Positions 58,365 to 64,000 of a stretch of 64,000 nt of DNA are shown here, piece after piece. The DNA is taken from the NCBI GenBank assembly GCA_018817715.1, contig JAHITT010000006.1, positions 139,147 to 203,146 of the forward strand. The letters run 5' to 3'. Positions within the stretch are counted from its first letter, which is position 1; the number at the start of each line of letters is the position of its first letter. The notes below the pieces were generated by a model. The model had not been told where the DNA came from. It did no database searches and saw only the letters and a list, made by a program, of their open reading frames with translations. Origin of the DNA: Patescibacteria group bacterium (GTDB taxonomy: Bacteria > Patescibacteriota > Patescibacteriia > Veblenbacterales > UBA10138). Made by a program: the position numbers and the translations under genes.

Positions 58365-58763
58365 TCGCCGCCGCTATCCGCAGGTTGGCTTGCGGAGCGT
58401 AAGCCAAGCGAGGACTCTAGCGGCGATTCTTTGTAATCCTTTCTTTAAAAGAAAGGATTAGATATATATTTAATTACGTAATTAAATAAGTAATTATAAC
58501 CACTTCTTTAAAAGAAGTGGTGCAAGAATTGCCACCATATTTAAGCCCCTACAGTGCTCGTTGCCTGCCAGGCCAAGGCTACCTGCCCGCCATAGCCTGT
58601 ACTCCAGATAAAGATAGGAATTTAGTTTTAGTGTATCGCTTATTTACGCACTGATACTTAAGGACAGTCAAATGGCAGGCGGGTCCTGAATCTACCACAA
58701 ACACGCCTTGACTTATCTGTCAGGCAACTTCCGCTCTGTTACCAGGGCTTAAATATGGTGGCA
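58365..58763. repeat. Cluster of nested inverted repeats (candidate structured ncRNA or non-autonomous element)
   Basis: GC hairpin 58369-58425; three near-loopless palindromes 58434-58521; 19-bp perfect terminal IR 58530-58548/58745-58763 enclosing further stems. Confidence 0.8.
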
Positions 58764-58784
58764 GTTTAATACCAGATAAAAACT

Positions 58785-59498
58785 TTATGGTCTAACCAGT
58801 GTCCCGCCTCGCCCCGCCTTCAAACAACCAACCAAGCGTTTAGCACTACCCCACTTACACACTAAAATCGGAATTTTATTTTTTTGGCAAATTACAAAAG
58901 CTTGCTGATCCATTACCTTAAGACCCAATTTAATAGCTTGTTTCATTTCTAATTTCAAAAATTTTTTAGCCGCTTTGTATTTATTAGGATCTTTATCATA
59001 AACTCCATCCACCGGCCCTGTTTTAAGCAATAAATCCGCCTTAATCATAACCGCCTGCTTAGCCGCGGCCGTATCAGTGGTAAAAAAGGGTCTACCCGTA
59101 CCGCCGGCAAAGATAACTACCTGACCCTGCTTTAAAGTTGTTTGAGCTTTCTTTTTATTAATAGGTTCTGTTAATTCTATTTCACTGCCCACAAAAGTTT
59201 GCACAATTGCTTTTACTTTTAATTTTTGTAAAGCTTGTTGCAAAGCCAAAGCATTCATTAAGGTGGCAGTAATTCCTATATAATCAGCCGTCTTAGGATC
59301 CATACCCTGGCCTTGCTGACGCTTACGCCACCAATTACCAGCGCCCATAACTATGGCTAGTCTTAAACCACTGGCTTGTAGTTTATTTATTGTCGTAGCG
59401 GTTTTATTTAAAGTTTTAACATTAATACCCTGGCCTAAACCACCCAAAGCTTCGCCAGATAATTTTAATAATATCGTCTTGTGAATATTTTTTTTCAT
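58785..59498 (-). CDS. pyrH: Uridylate kinase
   Basis: LLKLSGEAL, GAGN, D.IG..AT..NA, GTGRPFFTTDTAA, VDGVYDKDP, VMD; likely start MKKNIH at 59498. Confidence 0.95.
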   Translation of the reverse strand: MKKNIHKTILLKLSGEALGGLGQGINVKTLNKTATTINKLQASGLRLAIVMGAGNWWRKRQQGQGMDPKTADYIGITATLMNALALQQALQKLKVKAIVQTFVGSEIELTEPINKKKAQTTLKQGQVVIFAGGTGRPFFTTDTAAAKQAVMIKADLLLKTGPVDGVYDKDPNKYKAAKKFLKLEMKQAIKLGLKVMDQQAFVICQKNKIPILVCKWGSAKRLVGCLKAGRGGTLVRP

Positions 59499-59611
59499 AA
59501 TTAATAAATAATTTTGGTCTGTTCTAATTTTACCCACCTTGATTAAAATAATAAAAGCGGTAAATCCTTTTTGATTTTACCGCTCTTAAATCATAAAAAC
59601 AAATTAATAAC

Positions 59612-60229
59612 TTATTCCTTAACTGTGCAAGTAACACCAGGGCCAGCCAATTCAAAACGACAAAAACGCTTTATTTTAATATTTTCACCTGTCCTGGCTA
59701 TGGCTTCAGTTACCACATCTTTAACTTTTAATTTATCATCTTTAAAAAAAGGTTGCTCTAACAAACATATTTCTTGATAATACTTTTGAATTTTCCCTTC
59801 AATAATCTTAACTAACATATCACCAGTTTTACCCTCGGTGGCCAATTGTTCCTGATAAACCCTTTTTTCCCGCTCCACCACTTCAGCTGGCACATCTTCG
59901 GTCGACAAAAATAAGGGGCTACTAGCCGTTACTTGCATAGCTAAATCATGAACTAATTCTTTAAATTGATCCGTCCTAGCCACAAAATCTGTTTCACATA
60001 AAACTTCTACCATAGAACCTACTTGCCCGCCGGCATGAATATAAGATTCTACCAAACCTTGACCAGTCGCTCTAGCGCCTCGGCTCATAGCTATTTTGCC
60101 ACCTTTTTTCCTTAAAATATCCGTAGCTTTTTCTAAATCGCCACTAGCCTCGGTTAAAGCTTTTTTGGCATCCATCATGCCAGCGCCAGTTAACTGACGC
60201 AATTTTTGAACATCTTGTGCTGTAATCAT
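59612..60229 (-). CDS. tsf: Elongation factor Ts (short form)
   Basis: LR.LTGAGMMD.KKAL, SYIH, CETDFVAR. Confidence 0.97.
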   Translation of the reverse strand: MITAQDVQKLRQLTGAGMMDAKKALTEASGDLEKATDILRKKGGKIAMSRGARATGQGLVESYIHAGGQVGSMVEVLCETDFVARTDQFKELVHDLAMQVTASSPLFLSTEDVPAEVVEREKRVYQEQLATEGKTGDMLVKIIEGKIQKYYQEICLLEQPFFKDDKLKVKDVVTEAIARTGENIKIKRFCRFELAGPGVTCTVKE

Positions 60230-60256
60230 AAGTATTTTCCTCTCCGAAAATATTAA

Positions 60257-60988
60257 TTATTCTTGAACTTTAACAGTTTGAGTTGGAGCTGCCTGGCTTA
60301 AAAACTCGGCCTTGGCTTCTACAACGGTTTCGGCGGCCAAACCAACAATCAATTTTATGGAATTTAAAGCATCATCGTTGGACGGAATAGCGTAATCCAC
60401 CAAACTGGGGTTGGTGTTAGTATCCACCAAAGCCATTACCGGTACTTTAACCTTATGTGCTTCCCGAATGGCATTTTTACCCTCACGAGTACCAACCAAA
60501 AAAATTACTTGAGGTAATTTTCTCATGGCACGAATACCACTAATAGCTGCTTCTAATTTTTTAAAATCCCTGTCTTTTTCTAATTGTTCTTTTTTAGAAT
60601 ATTTTTCCCACAAACCATTAGTCTTTTCTTGTTCTAGTTTTTCCAAACGACTAATTAATTTAGAAATTACTCCAAAATTCGTAAAAACCCCGCCCAACCA
60701 GCGCTCTACTATGTAAGGCATACCGGTCTTAGTAGCCGCTTCCTTAACAACCTCATTGGCTTGCTTTTTTAAACTCACAAACAAAACAATTCCACCAGCA
60801 GCCACGATATTATGCAAAACCTTTAAGGTATCTTCCAATTTTTGACTGGTTTTTTCCAAATCTAAAATGTGTATATCATGTCGAACAGTATAAATAAAAT
60901 CCCGCATTTTAGGATGCCATTTGGCCTTTTGGTGACCAAAATGCACCCCGGCTTTAAGCATTTCTAACAAAGATGGTATTTTTGGCAT
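60257..60988 (-). CDS. rpsB: 30S ribosomal protein S2
   Basis: AGVHFGH, W.PKM, RWLGG.FTN, DTN, NDDA. Confidence 0.98.
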   Translation of the reverse strand: MPKIPSLLEMLKAGVHFGHQKAKWHPKMRDFIYTVRHDIHILDLEKTSQKLEDTLKVLHNIVAAGGIVLFVSLKKQANEVVKEAATKTGMPYIVERWLGGVFTNFGVISKLISRLEKLEQEKTNGLWEKYSKKEQLEKDRDFKKLEAAISGIRAMRKLPQVIFLVGTREGKNAIREAHKVKVPVMALVDTNTNPSLVDYAIPSNDDALNSIKLIVGLAAETVVEAKAEFLSQAAPTQTVKVQE

Positions 60989-61125
60989 AAAAAAATAGAC
61001 TCCTTTACCCCGCCAGCTTATTTGCTGACAGGCTACTGCCGGTTACTTTAAATGGCTGATAAAAACCCGGGCAAAATGCTAACGGATTCAAGGAATCAGC
61101 CAATAACAGGCATGATTGATTAAGT
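60989..61125 (-). promoter_or_regulatory. Structured rpsB 5' leader (probable S2 autoregulatory RNA)
   Basis: GC-richer leader with stems GGCTGAT/ATCAGCC and CCTGTCAGC/GCTGGCGGG ahead of a GGAG SD. Confidence 0.5.
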
Positions 61126-61235
61126 GACGAAATTATAAACCTTTTTTGTTTTTTTGGCAAGTTTGGCAAGATTAAATTAAAATTAAAGCCGACCCCTTGT
61201 CAAAGACTAATTTATATGTTACACTTGGCCACACT

Positions 61236-61490
61236 ATGAAAACCGATATCCATCCTAAATATCATACCAAAGCCAAAGCAATTTGCGCTTGTGGCAACAC
61301 CTTTACCGTAGGTTCCACAATTGAAGAAATTCACGTGGAAATTTGTTCTAATTGCCACCCTTTTTACACGGGTAAGCAAAAAATCTTAGACGCTGCCGGC
61401 CGAGTCGACCGCTTTAAAAAACGAACTGCTCGCACCAAAGTCGCTACGGAAAAAAAACTCAAACCTAAAACAGCTGATAAAGCTGCTTAA
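61236..61490 (+). CDS. rpmE: 50S ribosomal protein L31 (zinc-binding type)
   Basis: [29 protein letters not shown]; TTGTCA-17-TACACT promoter at 61197-61225. Confidence 0.97.
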   Translation: MKTDIHPKYHTKAKAICACGNTFTVGSTIEEIHVEICSNCHPFYTGKQKILDAAGRVDRFKKRTARTKVATEKKLKPKTADKAA

Positions 61491-61501
61491 AACAGTTATT
61501 A

Positions 61502-61554
61502 AAAACTACCCCGTGCCTTTTAGGCTGATACCAGCCAAAATCGGGGTAGTTTTT
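61502..61554 (+). terminator. Hairpin after rpmE
   Basis: AAAACTACCCCG...CGGGGTAGTTTTT. Confidence 0.7.
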
Positions 61555-61600
61555 ATTTGTCCACATGGGATTATCAACCATAATAATATAGAATTAAAAT

Positions 61601-62650
61601 ATGGATTTACCTTTTCATCTTAAAAAAAATCAACAACAGCTGACTGATTTAGCTAATCAACTGCAACAACCAGAAATTTTTAACGACCAAAATAAATTGG
61701 CTAATGTTAATCGCGCTTATAGTGAAGCTAAAGAAATAGCTGATTTGGGGGACAAATTAAACCACCTCCTAGAACAACAAACTAATTTACAAAATAGTCT
61801 ACAAAACGAAAATGACGCCGAGCTTAGAGAGTTAGCCGCTGAAGAATTAACCGAAGTTAAAAAACAAATTTTAAGCACCGAAAGCGACTTAACTGAACTT
61901 TTAGAACCTACAGATCCTTTAGATGCCAAAAATACCATCGTGGAAATAAGAGCTGGTGCCGGCGGAGACGAAGCAGCCTTATTTTCCGCGGAAATATTCC
62001 GTATGTACTCAAGATTTGCCGAAAGAAAAAGCTGGCAAGCAAAAATAATGTCTTCTAGCCGCAATGAACTCGGGGGTTATAAAGAAATAATTTTTGAAAT
62101 TACCGGCCAAAGAGTTTATTCTTATTTAAAATATGAAAGTGGTGTTCATCGCGTTCAACGTGTACCAGCCACGGAAAAAAACGGTCGGGTTCACACCTCC
62201 ACCATTACCGTGGCGGTTCTACCGGAAGCGGCCAGCGTGGATATAGACATTAAACAAGAAGACTTAAAAATTGAAGCCACCACCGCTTCTGGACACGGCG
62301 GCCAAAGCGTTAATACTACCTATTCAGCCATTAGAATAGTTCATTTACCAACCGGCCTAACTGTTATTTGTCAGGACGAAAGATCACAAAAGCAAAATAA
62401 AGAAAAAGCCATGGCGGTTTTAAGATCCCGCTTACTAGCCCGTCAAATTGAAGAGCAAAGGCAAGTTAGAGATTCTTCCCGTCGAGCACAAATCGGTTCG
62501 GCTGACCGATCAGAAAAAATAAGAACTTATAATTTTCCACAAGACCGCCTGACTGACCATCGTTTAAAAATGAATTGGCATGACTTACCAGTTATTATGG
62601 ATGGACAAATTGAAGAAATAGTGAATGAATGTAAAAAAATCCTTGGCTAA
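61601..62650 (+). CDS. prfA: Peptide chain release factor 1
   Basis: EIRAGAGGDEA, ESGVHRVQRVPAT (PxT), GGQ, RTYNFPQ.RLTDHR. Confidence 0.97.
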   Translation: MDLPFHLKKNQQQLTDLANQLQQPEIFNDQNKLANVNRAYSEAKEIADLGDKLNHLLEQQTNLQNSLQNENDAELRELAAEELTEVKKQILSTESDLTELLEPTDPLDAKNTIVEIRAGAGGDEAALFSAEIFRMYSRFAERKSWQAKIMSSSRNELGGYKEIIFEITGQRVYSYLKYESGVHRVQRVPATEKNGRVHTSTITVAVLPEAASVDIDIKQEDLKIEATTASGHGGQSVNTTYSAIRIVHLPTGLTVICQDERSQKQNKEKAMAVLRSRLLARQIEEQRQVRDSSRRAQIGSADRSEKIRTYNFPQDRLTDHRLKMNWHDLPVIMDGQIEEIVNECKKILG

Positions 62651-63498
62651 TGACTGTTCAACAAGCCTGGCAACAGGCTATTAAACAACTTAATATCAGC
62701 CCGTCACCTATTTTGGACGCTGAAGTTTTATTGGCTTACTGCCTTAAAACTAACGTTACAAAAATCAGCACCCACCAAACAACCAAACTTAATCTTTGGC
62801 AAAAAATTAAATGGGTTTATTTTTTAAATTTACGAAAAAAAGGTTGGCCCATCGCCTATCTTGTAAAAAACAAAGAATTCTACGGATTAAATTTTTATTT
62901 AAACAAACACGTACTAGTGCCCAGACCGGACAGTGAATTGTTAGTTGAACAAACTTTAAAAAAAATAACTAACCGACCAGACATTAAAACCATAATAGAT
63001 TTAGGCACTGGTAGTGGCTGTCTAGCTATAGCCTTAGCTAGTAACCTGCCGAATAATAAAATAATCGCCACAGACTTATCTAAAAAAGCCTTAAAAGTAG
63101 CCCGCCAGAATGCCTTAAATCATCAATTAACCAATTTATCTTTTTATCAAGGCGACAAACTAAAACCTATTAAAAAAATACTAACCTCTAAAAACCTTCC
63201 CTATCTTATAGTAACTAACCCGCCTTATTTAAGTAACCAAACATATTCCCTGGCTCTTAAAAAAGAACCTTACTTAGCCTTATGGGGCGGACCAGATGGA
63301 CTTACTTGGTATAAAGATTTTTTTAACCAACTAACCAGCTGGACCAATACTTATTGGCCCGATTACCTTATAATGGAAATTAGCCCAGAATTAATCGCTC
63401 CTTTAAAACTCCTCAATAAGACTTTAGTAAAACCTTATCAAATAGATATACAAAAAGATCTTAATCAAAAAGACCGACTTATAACTTTTTCTAAATAA
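62650..63498 (+). CDS. prmC: Release factor glutamine methyltransferase
   Basis: VLVPRPDSE, DLGTGSG, NPPY; TAATG overlap with prfA. Confidence 0.93.
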   Translation: MTVQQAWQQAIKQLNISPSPILDAEVLLAYCLKTNVTKISTHQTTKLNLWQKIKWVYFLNLRKKGWPIAYLVKNKEFYGLNFYLNKHVLVPRPDSELLVEQTLKKITNRPDIKTIIDLGTGSGCLAIALASNLPNNKIIATDLSKKALKVARQNALNHQLTNLSFYQGDKLKPIKKILTSKNLPYLIVTNPPYLSNQTYSLALKKEPYLALWGGPDGLTWYKDFFNQLTSWTNTYWPDYLIMEISPELIAPLKLLNKTLVKPYQIDIQKDLNQKDRLITFSK

Positions 63499-63512
63499 AA
63501 ACAGAGGCGCAG

Positions 63513-63764
63513 ATGCAAACATTAATAGAACACTGGGAATATTTGGCCAGAAACTACAACAAACAATTCCCTTTGACTGTTGTTATAACCAATGGCCAAA
63601 AAAACATCGGCCTGGTTATAAACAAAATAACTTTTGACACTGAAAGAATAATCTTGGATATAAATGAAAAAAATGAAAAATTTTTAGTGTCAAACGAAAA
63701 TAAATGGTTGGTTAAATACGGCAAAACCTATAATAATCAACCAATTTTCACGACAGATATTTAA
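63513..63764 (+). CDS. Hypothetical protein
   Basis: 83-aa ORF with GAGG SD, followed by a terminator. Confidence 0.55.
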   Translation: MQTLIEHWEYLARNYNKQFPLTVVITNGQKNIGLVINKITFDTERIILDINEKNEKFLVSNENKWLVKYGKTYNNQPIFTTDI

Positions 63765-63801
63765 AAAAATACCCCTCTGTCTAAACAGAAGGGTATTTTT
63801 T
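63763..63801. terminator. Bidirectional terminator
   Basis: AAAAAATACCC.TCTG...CAGA.GGGTATTTTTT. Confidence 0.75.
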
Positions 63802-63810
63802 AATTTAAAA

Positions 63811-64000
63811 TTATTTATCAGAAGAATCCTTTTCTTCGTCTTCATCCTCCTTACCTTCTTTATCTTCCACTTTAGCTATCTTAGAAACATCTTCTTTAAC
63901 TTCTTGCTTAAGTTCTTCCAATTCCGCTTCCGATCTAGGTTCTGTTACCACCACCAAAACTTCTTCACCACCGCTAATCAATTTAAGGCCTTGGGGCAGT
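63811..64000 (-). CDS. rplY: 3' end of a probable 50S ribosomal protein L25/Ctc (partial)
   Basis: ...LPQGLKLISGGEEVLVVVTEPRSEAELEEL... plus an acidic tail, as in long-form L25 C-termini. Confidence 0.65.
   Translation of the reverse strand, partial: LPQGLKLISGGEEVLVVVTEPRSEAELEELKQEVKEDVSKIAKVEDKEGKEDEDEEKDSSDK

Noticed and set aside
58365-58763. CRISPR array, retron msr-msd or dif site
   Set aside because: No repeat-spacer periodicity, no cas or reverse transcriptase gene in the window, and no XerC/XerD consensus
553-62064. Many short antisense or overlapping ORFs in the track (e.g. 43490-43894, 13700-13969, 56217-56855, 57172-57447)
   Set aside because: They are shadows of well-supported genes on the opposite strand or another frame, with no motifs or start signals

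Overview
This is core chromosome of a low-GC, small-genome bacterium. Gene content points to Patescibacteria/CPR (inference): a stand-alone VirD4-like ATPase, short HrcA and TsaB-like proteins, archaeal-type PGI/PMI next to DUF2090, and core genes without Shine-Dalgarno (SD) motifs. TGA is used as a stop, so the code is standard. The window holds cysS, dus, a CIRCE-controlled hrcA-grpE-hsp20-dnaK...dnaJ heat-shock region, an AbrB-led MacAB-type ABC operon, tgt-queA, tRNA-Glu(CTC), mraZ-rsmH-ftsL-ftsI-murF, rplJL with its L10 leader, mltG, mutM, lower glycolysis (gap, pgk, eno, two gpmI), rpsB-tsf-pyrH and rpmE-prfA-prmC. I see no integrase, transposase, reverse transcriptase or CRISPR array. 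The most unusual locus is 57.1-58.8 kb. It encodes a secreted, ~25% Asn protein with curlin-like repeats behind a ~400-nt leader. That leader carries an unannotated SD-led, Cys-containing uORF ending in an RPP arrest-like motif, and it sits beside a 400-bp block of nested palindromes. Other highlights are an S41 protease with an HPD-less J-domain where a PDZ domain is expected, an unannotated zinc-ribbon microprotein in the HrcA operon, and self-contained mini-operons of unassignable genes with strong SD sites. All family assignments come from motif recognition by eye; no searches were run.
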